A stretch of 64,000 nucleotides of DNA from an uncultured virus (IMG/VR IMGVR_UViG_3300027736_000024) (IMGVR_UViG_3300027736_000024:1-64000), one strand, 5' to 3'. Shown: positions 40,791 to 51,490, counted from the first letter of the stretch. Made by a program: numbers and translations. Notes: generated by a model from the sequence alone, not told the origin.

Positions 40791-41420
40791 ATGTTAAGAT
40801 ATTATCCAGCATTTAAAATTATAACTAATCTAAATACAAAAGGAGAGGAGTTTACTTTAAATAATAAACCCTATGCCGGAAAGTATTATGAAACATATGA
40901 CAATAAAGCATTTACAGGATCTGATCCTGAATCAGGTCCTAGTGAACAGCTAAAAAGAATTCCTAGATATAAATCAGCTCCTGGTTTAAATAATTTAAAT
41001 ATAACAGATAAACAAAGAAGTGAATTAGCAAGTAAAACAGAAGTAAAACCAAATAGAATACAAGGAAAACCAAATTCTTTTTATCCAATACCAGACGAAG
41101 AAGATTATAGAAGGGGATATTTGATAAGATACTTTACTAAAAAAGAAAATGAAAAAGGTTTTATTATAGAAATATCTAGAGACGAATACAATTCTATTAT
41201 AAATGGAACTGCAGATTATGATATTACTATATATCAAACAATTCAGATACTTTGGAAAATAACTGGTCCATTAAAAAGTACAAGACTATCTCAATATAAT
41301 GTAATTGCCGGTATTATTAATACAAATGAAAGGCTAGTAGAATCTGCAAATAAAACTTTTTTAGGAATAAAAGAGTTTATAGGAGGCGACTATATAAAAT
41401 TTGCAAAACCTACTATGTAA
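40791..41420 (+). CDS. Hypothetical baseplate-associated protein
   Basis: 209 aa following the hub gene. Confidence 0.5.
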   Translation: MLRYYPAFKIITNLNTKGEEFTLNNKPYAGKYYETYDNKAFTGSDPESGPSEQLKRIPRYKSAPGLNNLNITDKQRSELASKTEVKPNRIQGKPNSFYPIPDEEDYRRGYLIRYFTKKENEKGFIIEISRDEYNSIINGTADYDITIYQTIQILWKITGPLKSTRLSQYNVIAGIINTNERLVESANKTFLGIKEFIGGDYIKFAKPTM

Positions 41421-41473
41421 ATAGTTTATATATGATCAAATAAGTTTGTTATATTTAGTTTAAATAAAAGGTT

Positions 41474-42769
41474 ATGTATTTCATTATTGAAGATAAAGAA
41501 CAATTGGATAAACTAGAAATGTCAGATCAGGCATTTATCCAAGTAGTTACTTCTAATGATTATTATCATCCTAAACTTACTAGAGTAAGTCTTATTTACT
41601 ACAATAATTCAGAAAAAGGCTATATATTTGTTATTAATCATGAAGAAGGATTTTCACTAGATATTAAATTAGTAGAATCATTTCTTCAAAAGCATAATAA
41701 GATCTACTTACTAGATAGTAAATTACATTCTTATTTTTTAGATCTTTCAAATTCTATAGATGTTCAATTTATATGCTTAGATAAAAATAATGAATATAGT
41801 TCTTTTGAGTGTAATAGCAATGTACATAGAGACTTTTATATAAAGTATCCGGTTCTACCTACTATAAATGAAATTATTCCAATTTCTAAACATTATGAAA
41901 AATGTCAATGTCTATATCAATTAGTTAAAGACTATTTTGAATTAGAAATGGACATTGAATTGCAAAATAAATTAATTGATGCATATAAACATGTAGAAGA
42001 GACTGGAATAAAAATAGATCTTAATTGTTTTCATGATAAGTTTACATTCCAGCATAAGGAGTATTCTCTATTAGGAGATAAGATTTATTCTTATTATAAC
42101 TTATATAATTTAACTGCAAGACCAACTAACTCATTTAATGGAGTTAATTTTTTAGCAATACCTAAAGATCAAGATTTTAGAAAGTGTTTTATACCTCAAA
42201 ATGATTTTTTAGTTGAGTTTGATTTTGATGCGTATCATTTAAGACTTATTTCTGGATTAATTGGTTTTGAATGTCCCAAAGAGTCTATGCATGAATATCT
42301 AGGTAAATTATATTTTAATGTAGATAAATTAACTCCTGAGCAGTATAAAGAATCTAAGTCTATTACATTTAAGCAGCTTTATGGAGGTATAGAAAAACAA
42401 TATCAAAATATTGACTTCTTTAAATCTCTTAATGAATTTATAGAACAGGAATGGAAAAAATATAATGCACATAAAGCACTCATTTTACCTACAGGAAGGA
42501 TTCTAAGAAAGTTGCCTGATATGAATAAATTAAAGTTATTTAACTACATTGTTCAGAATCTAGAAACTAAAGAAAACATATTCAAGATATTAGAGATAAA
42601 CAAACTACTAACTAAAAAGAAAACAAAGCTTATTTTAATCACGTATGACTCTTTTCTGTTTGATTTTTCACAAGAGGATGGTAAAACCCTACTAAAAAAG
42701 ATCAAGACTATCTTAGAAGGGAAAAACATGCTTGTCAAGCACAAATACGGATCTAACTATGCTTTCTAG
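41474..42769 (+). CDS. Short divergent family-A DNA polymerase-like protein
   Basis: ARPT..VNFLAIPK, motif A EFDFDAYHLRL, motif B SKSITFKQLYGG, motif C ITYDSFLFD. Confidence 0.75.
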   Translation: MYFIIEDKEQLDKLEMSDQAFIQVVTSNDYYHPKLTRVSLIYYNNSEKGYIFVINHEEGFSLDIKLVESFLQKHNKIYLLDSKLHSYFLDLSNSIDVQFICLDKNNEYSSFECNSNVHRDFYIKYPVLPTINEIIPISKHYEKCQCLYQLVKDYFELEMDIELQNKLIDAYKHVEETGIKIDLNCFHDKFTFQHKEYSLLGDKIYSYYNLYNLTARPTNSFNGVNFLAIPKDQDFRKCFIPQNDFLVEFDFDAYHLRLISGLIGFECPKESMHEYLGKLYFNVDKLTPEQYKESKSITFKQLYGGIEKQYQNIDFFKSLNEFIEQEWKKYNAHKALILPTGRILRKLPDMNKLKLFNYIVQNLETKENIFKILEINKLLTKKKTKLILITYDSFLFDFSQEDGKTLLKKIKTILEGKNMLVKHKYGSNYAF

Positions 42770-42805
42770 TAATATTCAATATTTATTAACAGTAAACAAA
42801 AGGTT

Positions 42806-43234
42806 ATGGAGCAAATGATCGCAGCAGAAATTACATCAGACCAGCTTATGAATAAATTATTTTGTACTTTTTCGCCAAAAGATGGCTTAGAAGATACACT
42901 AAGAGAAATAAATAAAGAATACACAATTCTATATAAAAAGATATTTGTTTTATCCTCAATAGATTCAAATGAGTACTTATGTACTTATAATATTGAAATT
43001 GAAGGAGCACAAACTAAAATTCTTCCAAATACTATCTTAGTGCATAGAAAGAAAGAAACTAACACTTTATATACTATTAACGCCCTAAATACTTTAATTA
43101 AGAAATTAAATGGCGGCGTACTAGATACTTCTTTCCCAATCACTTGGGATGATTATAAAAACTCGGTTATCCTTACTCAAGGAGATGATCTTAAAAAGTT
43201 AAATACTGCTATTCATAAAATAGTTGCTATCTAA
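42806..43234 (+). CDS. Hypothetical protein
   Basis: 142 aa; HRKKETNTLYTINALN. Confidence 0.6.
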   Translation: MEQMIAAEITSDQLMNKLFCTFSPKDGLEDTLREINKEYTILYKKIFVLSSIDSNEYLCTYNIEIEGAQTKILPNTILVHRKKETNTLYTINALNTLIKKLNGGVLDTSFPITWDDYKNSVILTQGDDLKKLNTAIHKIVAI

Positions 43235-43295
43235 CTTAAAAGAAAAACTGTTTTAGTTCAAGTTTTTTTGTTACATTTATAAAAATCAGTTACGT

Positions 43296-44105
43296 ATGGA
43301 CATTTCAGTGTTAAAATCAAGACTGTCGGCTCTACAAAATCCACGTGGAGGACAGAAGAAAGACCTCGCTCAAACCCTTTGGAGGCCTACCGTGGGCAAA
43401 CATTCAGTAAGGATTGTACCTTCAATGTTTGACAAACAGAACCCATTTAAAGAGGTTCTAATGCATTACGGGATCAATAACAGATCCATGATTAGTTTAT
43501 CAAATTTTGGCGAAAAAGATCCAATCGTTGAATTTGCACAAGGCTTAAGAAAGTCTAGTGAAAAAGACAATTGGCAAATGGCTAAAAAGCTCGAACCAAA
43601 AATGCGTATCTTTGTTCCTGTCATTGTGCGAGGAGAAGAAGATAAAGGCGTTAGGCTTTGGGAATTTGGTAAGCAAGTTTATATGGACTTGTTAAGTATC
43701 GCTGAAGATGAGGATGTAGGAGATTATACAGATCCTATTACAGGAAGAGATGTTACAGTTGAGACAGCTGGTAAAGAAACCACTGGATTAATGTATAATA
43801 CTTCTACTGTTAGGGTACGTACTAAATCTACTCCGCTATCTGATGATGCAGCTAAAGTAAAACTATGGTTAGAAACACAACCAGATCCGCTAACTCAATT
43901 CAAAAGGTATAGCTATGAAGAAATGAAAACAGCTCTTCTAGCACATCTAAATCCTGAAGAAGAAATTAAGCAACAAGCAGATCAAGTAGTTACAAAACCA
44001 ACAGGCGATCTGCCTTGGGAACAATCAGCGCCTAAACAAGGTTACAGTTTGAATACTACAAAAGCAAGTGTAGATTCAGAAATTGACAGCCTATTTGACA
44101 TCTAA
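43296..44105 (+). CDS. Single-stranded DNA-binding protein (gp32-like)
   Basis: VRIVP, DPIVE, VRLWEFGKQVY, DPITGRD; acidic end IDSLFDI. Confidence 0.82.
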   Translation: MDISVLKSRLSALQNPRGGQKKDLAQTLWRPTVGKHSVRIVPSMFDKQNPFKEVLMHYGINNRSMISLSNFGEKDPIVEFAQGLRKSSEKDNWQMAKKLEPKMRIFVPVIVRGEEDKGVRLWEFGKQVYMDLLSIAEDEDVGDYTDPITGRDVTVETAGKETTGLMYNTSTVRVRTKSTPLSDDAAKVKLWLETQPDPLTQFKRYSYEEMKTALLAHLNPEEEIKQQADQVVTKPTGDLPWEQSAPKQGYSLNTTKASVDSEIDSLFDI

Positions 44106-44110
44106 CAAAA

Positions 44111-44136
44111 AAGCCCCTTCTTCGGAAGGGGTTTTT
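44111..44136 (+). terminator. Rho-independent terminator with UUCG tetraloop
   Basis: AAGCCCCTTC-TTCG-GAAGGGGTTTTT. Confidence 0.88.
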
Positions 44137-44153
44137 AAACTAAACAGTTTCGC

Positions 44154-45218
44154 ATGGGAAAATCAACATTAAATAGCACTATATCTAGTGCAATCAAAGG
44201 CACTAATAGTTTAGAACAATTTAAGAAAGGTAAAAATTTATCTTCTGGTGTAATATTCAAGCAGCCTTCTTGGATTCCACTATCACAAGCATTTCAAGAC
44301 ACACTACAAATTCCTGGTATTCCTATCGGGCATATTACTCTACTTCGTGGACACTCTGATACAGGTAAAACAACAGCTTTATTAGAGGCCGCAGTTTCTG
44401 CACAAAAGATGGGAATACTTCCTGTTTTTATTATTACAGAAATGAAATGGGATTGGAGCCATTCAAGAGCTATGGGATTTCAATATGAAGAAATAGCAGA
44501 TCCTGTAACAGGAGAAGTTGTGGATTATCAAGGATTCTTTTTATATATTGATAGAGAGAAACTTAATTGCGTAGAAGATGTATCAGCATTTATTGCAGAT
44601 ATTCTTGATGAACAAAAGAAAGGTACTTTACCTCATGATATTTGTTTCTTCTGGGATTCAGTAGGATCTATTCCTTGTAGAATGAGTATAGAAAAATCTA
44701 CAAATAATAATGAGTGGAATGCAGGAGCAATGTCTCAACAATTTGGTAATTTCATTAATCAAAGAATTGTATTATCTCGTAAAGCAAGTCAACCATATAC
44801 TAATACATTAGTAGCAGTAAATAAAATTTGGGTAGCTAAACCTGATAGTCCAATGTCGCAACCAACTATGAATAATAAAGGTGGCAATACGATGTATTTT
44901 GATTCATCACTTATTATTACATTTGGTAATATTGCTAAAGCAGGAACAAACAAAATCAAAGCTACTAAAAATGGCAAAGAGATTGAGTTTGCTAAAAGAA
45001 CTAGAATTAGCTGTGATAAAAATCACATAACAGGAGTTACCGCAGTAAATAAAGTGCTTATGACTGTTCATGGCTTTATTAAAGATGATAAAAAAGATCT
45101 TGAAGAATATAAAAAGAAGTATAGCGATGAATGGACAAAAGTCTTAGGATCTGGAACATTTGACGTAGTAGAAGAGGAAACAGAATTGTCACCAGATATA
45201 TTTGATCTACAAGATTAA
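44154..45218 (+). CDS. uvsX: RecA/UvsX-like recombinase
   Basis: GIPIGHITLLRGHSDTGKTT Walker A, FIITE, WDSVGS, KGGNTMYF. Confidence 0.85.
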   Translation: MGKSTLNSTISSAIKGTNSLEQFKKGKNLSSGVIFKQPSWIPLSQAFQDTLQIPGIPIGHITLLRGHSDTGKTTALLEAAVSAQKMGILPVFIITEMKWDWSHSRAMGFQYEEIADPVTGEVVDYQGFFLYIDREKLNCVEDVSAFIADILDEQKKGTLPHDICFFWDSVGSIPCRMSIEKSTNNNEWNAGAMSQQFGNFINQRIVLSRKASQPYTNTLVAVNKIWVAKPDSPMSQPTMNNKGGNTMYFDSSLIITFGNIAKAGTNKIKATKNGKEIEFAKRTRISCDKNHITGVTAVNKVLMTVHGFIKDDKKDLEEYKKKYSDEWTKVLGSGTFDVVEEETELSPDIFDLQD

Positions 45219-45220
45219 TA

Positions 45221-46234
45221 ATGAATAAAGAATACCAAAAAATATTCGAATCTTTAAAAGAGGAGAAAGTGGATGATAGTGTAAATAGTAGAGTCTTAAT
45301 CATAGACTCTCTAAACACTTTCTTAAGAGCTTTTACAGTAATAAGACACATTAATCCTCAAGGAAATCATATAGGAGGTCTAACAGGATTTTTACGATCC
45401 TTAGGATATGTTATTAATCTAGTTAGACCAACTAGAGTGATTTTAGTCTTTGATGGTCAAGGTGGATCTACAAATAAAAGATATATCTATCCTGAATATA
45501 AAGGAAATCGTGGAATTAATAGAGTAACAAATTGGGATGCATTTGAATCTCAAAAAGAAGAGTCAGAGTCTATTACAAATCAAATTGTAAGATTAATTTT
45601 TTATCTAAAACAACTTCCTGTAGATCTTATATCAATTGATAAAATTGAAGCCGATGATGTTATAGGATATATGGCAGGAAAATTAGATGGAGAAATTACA
45701 ATCATGTCTTCTGATAGAGATTTTTTACAGTTAGTTAATAAAAAAATATCTGTATATTCTCCTATTAAGAAAAAATTCTATGATAAAGATATGGTATTAA
45801 CTGAATATGGAGTTACTACAGATAATTTTTTAACACAAAAGATTTTATTAGGTGATTCTGGAGATAATGTACCTGGAGTAAGAGGACTAGGATCTAAAAC
45901 AATGCTTAAGTTATTTCCAGAGCTAGGATCAGAAAATGAAATATCATTAGATCAAATATTAGAAAAGTGTAAAGCCGGAGATAAAAAATTACACGAGTCA
46001 ATAGTTAATTACGAGTATCAACTAAGAATTAATAAAAGACTTATGGATTTAAGAGAACCTAATATCCCGGACGAAGCAAAAGAAGAGGTAGATTTTTTGA
46101 TACTTCATCCTAATAAAGAGCTTAATTCACAAGAATTTATTAATTTGTATAACGAAGATAATCTAGGCAATTCAATTGCTAATTTGCCAAATTGGTTATT
46201 TAAGCACTTTAATCAAATCGCAAAATATAAATAA
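45221..46234 (+). CDS. 5'-3' exonuclease / T4 RNase H-like flap nuclease
   Basis: LIIDSLN, VFDG, YKGNR, EADDVI, SSDRDFLQL, GDSGDNVPGVRGLG. Confidence 0.92.
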   Translation: MNKEYQKIFESLKEEKVDDSVNSRVLIIDSLNTFLRAFTVIRHINPQGNHIGGLTGFLRSLGYVINLVRPTRVILVFDGQGGSTNKRYIYPEYKGNRGINRVTNWDAFESQKEESESITNQIVRLIFYLKQLPVDLISIDKIEADDVIGYMAGKLDGEITIMSSDRDFLQLVNKKISVYSPIKKKFYDKDMVLTEYGVTTDNFLTQKILLGDSGDNVPGVRGLGSKTMLKLFPELGSENEISLDQILEKCKAGDKKLHESIVNYEYQLRINKRLMDLREPNIPDEAKEEVDFLILHPNKELNSQEFINLYNEDNLGNSIANLPNWLFKHFNQIAKYK

Positions 46235-46237
46235 GTT

Positions 46238-47623
46238 ATGAGTTCACTAAATCAGTTGCAGCAGTACGGAATGAGTTTCCAAGTTAAGGTTTTATCAAGT
46301 TTATTAAAGCATAAAGAATTTCTTCAAAACATTAATGATATATTAGATACAGAGATGTTTGATAACCCAGCACATAAATGGATTGTTGGAGAAATTATAA
46401 GATACTATTACAAATATAATACTACGCCGTCCCTAGATTCTCTTCAAGTTGAAGTAAGAAAAATTGAAAATGAAGTTTTAAAGATTAGTGTAGTTGATCA
46501 ATTAAAAGAGGCTTATAAAGCCGCTAATGAAGATCGCGAATATGTAGAGCAAGAATTTTCAAATTTTTGTAGAAATCAACAACTTAAAAAAGCCATTCTT
46601 AATTCAGTAACTCTTTTAGAAAGAGGTCAATACGACGATATTAAGTATATGATGGATGCTGCTTTAAAAGCAGGCCAAGATAAGTCTATTGGGCATGAAT
46701 ATGAAAAAGATATTGAAACTAGATATCGTGAAGAAGAAAGAGCGGCAATACCAACAGCATGGCCAAACATTAATGAACTTTTAATGGGAGGACTTGGTAA
46801 AGGTGACCTAGGACTTATATTCGGTAATCCTGGAGGCGGTAAAAGTTGGATGTTAGTTAATCTAGGAGCTATGGCGGTACAGTCAGGATTTAATGTATGC
46901 CATTATACTTTAGAACTATCTGAGTACTACGTAGGCAAACGTTATGACGCGTTATTTACAGGTATAGATGTTCAACAAGTTCATAAACATCGAGGCTCTA
47001 TTGAGGAATCTGTGGTTAAATTAAAAGGCAAACTAATCATTAAAGAATTCCCTATGGGTAAAGCAACTATCCATACTATCGAATCACATATACAGAAGTG
47101 TAAAGATTTAGGATATCCTCCAGATCTAGTTATTATTGATTATGTTGATCTACTAAAAAGTAAAACAAAATCTATTGATCCAAAAGATGCAATTGATGAT
47201 GTATATACAGCAACTAAAGGAATGGCAAGAGAACTTAAAGTTCCAATTTGGACAGTTTCTCAGGTAAATAGGGCAGGTGCTAAAGATGATGTAATTGAAG
47301 GAGACAAAGCAGCTGGATCTTATAATAAAATGATGATTGCAGATTTTGCAATGTCTTTATCAAGAAAGAGACAAGATAAAGTAAATGGAACTGGCCGTAT
47401 GCACATTATGAAAAATAGATATGGAATGGATGGAATGACATATGCCGCCAAAATTAGTACCAATAATGGTAGTATAGAGATCAATTCAGATACGATGAAT
47501 GAAGATGAATTAAATATAGAAGGGCAAAATCAAAACTATAATCAGCCTAAAACGTTTAGTTCTTCATTAGACAGGGATGAAAAAGCATATTTGTCTAATA
47601 AATTTTTTGAGTTAGGACTATAA
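46238..47623 (+). CDS. Replicative DnaB-like helicase (gp41-like)
   Basis: GNPGGGKS, YTLELSE, IIDYVDLL, WTVSQVNR, KNRYG. Confidence 0.92.
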   Translation: MSSLNQLQQYGMSFQVKVLSSLLKHKEFLQNINDILDTEMFDNPAHKWIVGEIIRYYYKYNTTPSLDSLQVEVRKIENEVLKISVVDQLKEAYKAANEDREYVEQEFSNFCRNQQLKKAILNSVTLLERGQYDDIKYMMDAALKAGQDKSIGHEYEKDIETRYREEERAAIPTAWPNINELLMGGLGKGDLGLIFGNPGGGKSWMLVNLGAMAVQSGFNVCHYTLELSEYYVGKRYDALFTGIDVQQVHKHRGSIEESVVKLKGKLIIKEFPMGKATIHTIESHIQKCKDLGYPPDLVIIDYVDLLKSKTKSIDPKDAIDDVYTATKGMARELKVPIWTVSQVNRAGAKDDVIEGDKAAGSYNKMMIADFAMSLSRKRQDKVNGTGRMHIMKNRYGMDGMTYAAKISTNNGSIEINSDTMNEDELNIEGQNQNYNQPKTFSSSLDRDEKAYLSNKFFELGL

Positions 47624-47664
47624 ATTAGCAAAAAAGCTATATTTATAAGAGAAAAACAGATACC

Positions 47665-47883
47665 ATGAATTTTATAATTGATTTATTCAAGAAGGCACCA
47701 AAAGGAGATAGCTATAGAGCATCTGATCCTCAATTTAAGTATGTTGATAATATTGCCCAACTTAATTCTGCGTCCCCAAACCAGTATAGTAAGTTGACTA
47801 CGAATAGTATCAATAAAATTCAGAAGACTAAGGCTACTTTAACCCAGTCTACCAATGGTGGTTCGACTCTTCCTGGAAGCTAA
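47665..47883 (+). CDS. Small hypothetical protein
   Basis: 72 aa preceded by ATATTTAT. Confidence 0.45.
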   Translation: MNFIIDLFKKAPKGDSYRASDPQFKYVDNIAQLNSASPNQYSKLTTNSINKIQKTKATLTQSTNGGSTLPGS

Positions 47884-47997
47884 GTAGTTAGCTTTAATCA
47901 TTAAATATTAACAAAGGGTTTTGATCTGTGCTAGAAAGCTATATAGTTTTCTAGGATAAATTTTATTTTTTAAACTTTAATAAAAAAACAATTAAAA

Positions 47998-49848
47998 ATG
48001 GACATTACACAACAAATTTTGTCTGAAATAACAGTCTACAACAAGTATGCAAAGTATTTACCAGGACCAAAAAGAAGAGAAACATGGGAAGAGATAGTTA
48101 CCAGAAACAAAGAAATGCATTTACAAAAGTTTCCGAAATTACAAGACGAAATTGAAAGTGTATATAAACTAGTTTACGACAAAAAAATCCTGCCTTCTAT
48201 GCGCTCTATGCAATTTGCAGGAAAGCCTATTGCTATTAATAATGCCAGAATATTTAATTGCTCATTTGCACCAGTCGATGATTGGCGCGTATTTTCAGAA
48301 GTAATGTTTTTACTTTTAGGAGGTTGCGGTGTAGGATATTCTGTTCAAAAACATCATGTAGATCAACTTCCTGAAATTGTTAAACCTAGTAAAGAAAAAA
48401 GATATCTTATTGGAGACTCTATTGAAGGTTGGGCAGATGCAATAAAACTACTAATGAAATCCTATTTAGTAGGAGGTCCAAGACCTAAATTTGATTTTAG
48501 AGATATTAGACCAAAAGGATCTATGCTTATTACCGCAGGAGGAAAAGCTCCTGGTCCTGAGCCATTAAAAGAGTGTTTATTTCAAATTCAAAAAATATTA
48601 GATCGTAAAGATACCGGAGATAAATTAACTCCAATTGAGTGCCATGATATGATTTGTTATATTGCGGATGCAGTATTATCAGGAGGTATTCGCCGTGCTG
48701 CTTTAATTAGTTTATTTTCTTTTGATGATGAGGATATGCTAACTTCTAAATTTGGTGCCTGGTGGGAAAATAATCCACAAAGAGGTAGAGCAAATAATTC
48801 TGCGACTATTCTTCGTGATCGTATCCAAAAAGAAGAGTTCATGGATTTATGGAAAAAAATTGAATTGTCTAATGCAGGTGAGCCAGGATTTTTCTTTACT
48901 AATGATAAAGATTGGGGAACTAATCCTTGTGCTGAAATTGCATTAAGACCTTTTCAATTCTGTAATCTTTGTGAAGTTAATGTATCTAATTTAGAATCTC
49001 AAGAAGATTTAAATCAAAGAGTTAAGGCAGCATCATTCATCGGAACTCTTCAAGCTTCATATACTGATTTTCATTATCTTCGTGATATCTGGAAAAGAAC
49101 AACTGAAAAAGATGCACTAATCGGAGTTGGTATGACAGGTATTGCTTCTGGAGCCGTGTTAAAATTAAGTATGAAAGAAGCTGCAGGAATTGTAAAAGAA
49201 GAAAATGAAAGAGTTGCTAAAATTCTTGGAATTCATAAAGCTGCTAGGTGTACAACAGTAAAACCTTCAGGAACCACTTCATGTGTTCTTGGAACTTCAT
49301 CTGGAGTCCATGCTTGGCACGATGAGTATTATTTCAGAAGAATCAGACTTGGTAAAAATGAATCTCTATATACTCATTTATTGATGAATTATCCAGAGTT
49401 AATTGAAGATGAATACTTTAAACCTCAATCTCAAGCGGTAGTTACAATTCCTCAAAAGGCACCAGAGGGAGCAATTACAAGAACTGAATCTGCAATGGAT
49501 TTACTTCATAGAGTAGAAAAAATGCATAAAGAGTGGATTAAGCCAGGTCATAGAACTGGACGTAATACACATAATGTATCTGTAACTATTTCTCTTAAAA
49601 CGGAAGAATGGCCTGAAGTTGGTGAGTGGGCATGGGCTAATAGAAATAATTATACAGCATTGTCTTGCCTACCTTATGATAATGGATCTTATGTACAAGC
49701 TCCTTTTGAGTCAATAACTAAAGAACAATTTGATAACTTCATTTCAACTTTACATAAAGTAGATCTTTCTAAAGTAATTGAATTTGAAGATTATACAGAT
49801 CAAAAAGGAGAATTAGCCTGTGCAGGAGGTGCTTGCGAAATTGTCTAA
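47998..49848 (+). CDS. nrdJ: Class II (B12-dependent, monomeric type) ribonucleotide reductase
   Basis: RRETWEE, FNCSF, GCGVG, TNPCAEI, CNLCEV, VKPSGT, terminal CAGGACEI; no beta-subunit gene adjacent. Confidence 0.88.
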   Translation: MDITQQILSEITVYNKYAKYLPGPKRRETWEEIVTRNKEMHLQKFPKLQDEIESVYKLVYDKKILPSMRSMQFAGKPIAINNARIFNCSFAPVDDWRVFSEVMFLLLGGCGVGYSVQKHHVDQLPEIVKPSKEKRYLIGDSIEGWADAIKLLMKSYLVGGPRPKFDFRDIRPKGSMLITAGGKAPGPEPLKECLFQIQKILDRKDTGDKLTPIECHDMICYIADAVLSGGIRRAALISLFSFDDEDMLTSKFGAWWENNPQRGRANNSATILRDRIQKEEFMDLWKKIELSNAGEPGFFFTNDKDWGTNPCAEIALRPFQFCNLCEVNVSNLESQEDLNQRVKAASFIGTLQASYTDFHYLRDIWKRTTEKDALIGVGMTGIASGAVLKLSMKEAAGIVKEENERVAKILGIHKAARCTTVKPSGTTSCVLGTSSGVHAWHDEYYFRRIRLGKNESLYTHLLMNYPELIEDEYFKPQSQAVVTIPQKAPEGAITRTESAMDLLHRVEKMHKEWIKPGHRTGRNTHNVSVTISLKTEEWPEVGEWAWANRNNYTALSCLPYDNGSYVQAPFESITKEQFDNFISTLHKVDLSKVIEFEDYTDQKGELACAGGACEIV

Positions 49849-49871
49849 TATTTATTATTACAAAGTAAGAA

Positions 49872-50114
49872 ATGGCCCTAATAAGCAAAACCAGTAAATA
49901 CGGAGCGCCTGAACCCTTAAAATACTATAAAAGTAAAGAACAAATTAAGGCTAACGGAAGTATGGCTCTGGCCTCAGAGGGATCTTTTGATAGCCAAGTA
50001 AATCCAAATATTTTACCAGGAGAACTATTTGTACCACAAGATAATACCTCTTTTTTGGTTTCTGAATTAGATGAGTTTCTTATTACAGAAGATAATAATA
50101 ATATAATACTATAA
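49872..50114 (+). CDS. Small hypothetical, probably virion protein
   Basis: Ends FLVSELDEFLITEDNNNIIL; ATATTTAT upstream. Confidence 0.5.
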   Translation: MALISKTSKYGAPEPLKYYKSKEQIKANGSMALASEGSFDSQVNPNILPGELFVPQDNTSFLVSELDEFLITEDNNNIIL

Positions 50115-50116
50115 CA

Positions 50117-51034
50117 ATGGCAAATGTAAAAATTAGTCAATTACCAGCAGTATCATCTGTATTAACTACAGATGTAGTTGCTACGGTAGCTAGTTCTGCA
50201 ACATCTCAAATAACAATACAAAATTTAGCTAACTCGCTACCTAATGTATCTTCTGCATCTTTTGCAAGTACTGCATCCTATTTTGTAACTAGTTCTGTAA
50301 CCAATGCCAGTACAGCATCTTGTGTAAATAGATTAAATCAAAATTTAGTAGTTAGTGGATCTCTATTAATGTCCGGATCTATTATTCCAAATGTTGGAAA
50401 CGGATCATACACTTCTAGTTTTGATTTAGGAAGCGCTACTGCTGCATGGAGGGATTTGTATATTTCTAACGGAACTATCTATTTTACAGATCCTGCAAAT
50501 AATCAAAAATCTACACTATCTGTAACTTCTGGATCCCTAGTAAGTTCAGGATCAGGACAAATAAATTCTGGATCTATTATACATAGGACTTCAATTGGTA
50601 CACTTACTTCAAGAACAGATCGGATGTCTGGATCTTATTTAGTGGGATCTCAAGTAGATGCAGTTATTCCAGAAGGATATCAACTATATAATTTATTTAA
50701 TAACGTTCAGTATAATGGAGAATCTATAGTCTATTTGTATACAATACTTAGACCAGGTACTTCTCAATTAAAAAGTCCATTGAGTAGTTCACCTATAAGA
50801 ATTGTTAATAGAAAAGCTGGTAATCCAATAATGAGTGTAAGAGTTAATCCGATTGATCAAATTAGATCTTTAAGCTTTACAGATGCTGGATCAACTAGAA
50901 GCTACGATCCTAGTGCATCTATTAATTTACCAACAGGTAGCTATGTAGATTTATATGTAGATACAGGCGCTTCAGGTTATTCAGGATTTTCTTGGGTAGT
51001 ATTAGCAACTGGCTCCGCTTATGGGTCAATATAA
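50117..51034 (+). CDS. Fibre-like virion protein displaced into the replication region
   Basis: MANVKISQLP start; SASFASTASYFVTSSVTNA repeat unit; FDLGSATAAWRDLY. Confidence 0.6.
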   Translation: MANVKISQLPAVSSVLTTDVVATVASSATSQITIQNLANSLPNVSSASFASTASYFVTSSVTNASTASCVNRLNQNLVVSGSLLMSGSIIPNVGNGSYTSSFDLGSATAAWRDLYISNGTIYFTDPANNQKSTLSVTSGSLVSSGSGQINSGSIIHRTSIGTLTSRTDRMSGSYLVGSQVDAVIPEGYQLYNLFNNVQYNGESIVYLYTILRPGTSQLKSPLSSSPIRIVNRKAGNPIMSVRVNPIDQIRSLSFTDAGSTRSYDPSASINLPTGSYVDLYVDTGASGYSGFSWVVLATGSAYGSI

Positions 51035-51043
51035 TTAGTTTAA

Positions 51044-51229
<186 letters not shown>

Positions 51230-51234
51230 TTTTG

Positions 51235-51242
51235 TATATTTG
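51235..51242 (+). promoter_or_regulatory. Bacteroidota-type -7 promoter element TAnnTTTG
   Basis: TATATTTG 17 nt before ATG 51260; same box at 52698 and 58096, and TAAGTTTG at 41441. Confidence 0.55.
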
Positions 51243-51259
51243 ATTTATATAATAAAGTT

Positions 51260-51490
51260 ATGGTATTAACAATCGGCGAAGGAATAGTATATTTAGTAGT
51301 CACTTTAATTTTAATGGGAATTCAAGTTTGGCAGGTAAGAAAATTTCATTTACAAAATAAAGAAATAGATCTTCTTTGGGAACAGATAGGAATACTAGCT
51401 ATGACTACTAGTCTTAATATAGAAAAACTTCAAAAATCAATAGATGAAAAAGAATCAAAAAATAAAACAAGACTTAAATCAAAAGTCTAA
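51260..51490 (+). CDS. Small membrane protein
   Basis: N-terminal transmembrane helix followed by coiled coil. Confidence 0.55.
   Translation: MVLTIGEGIVYLVVTLILMGIQVWQVRKFHLQNKEIDLLWEQIGILAMTTSLNIEKLQKSIDEKESKNKTRLKSKV

Noticed and set aside
47884..47997. Cobalamin riboswitch upstream of the class II RNR
   Set aside because: The gap is short and AT-rich and lacks a recognisable B12 box
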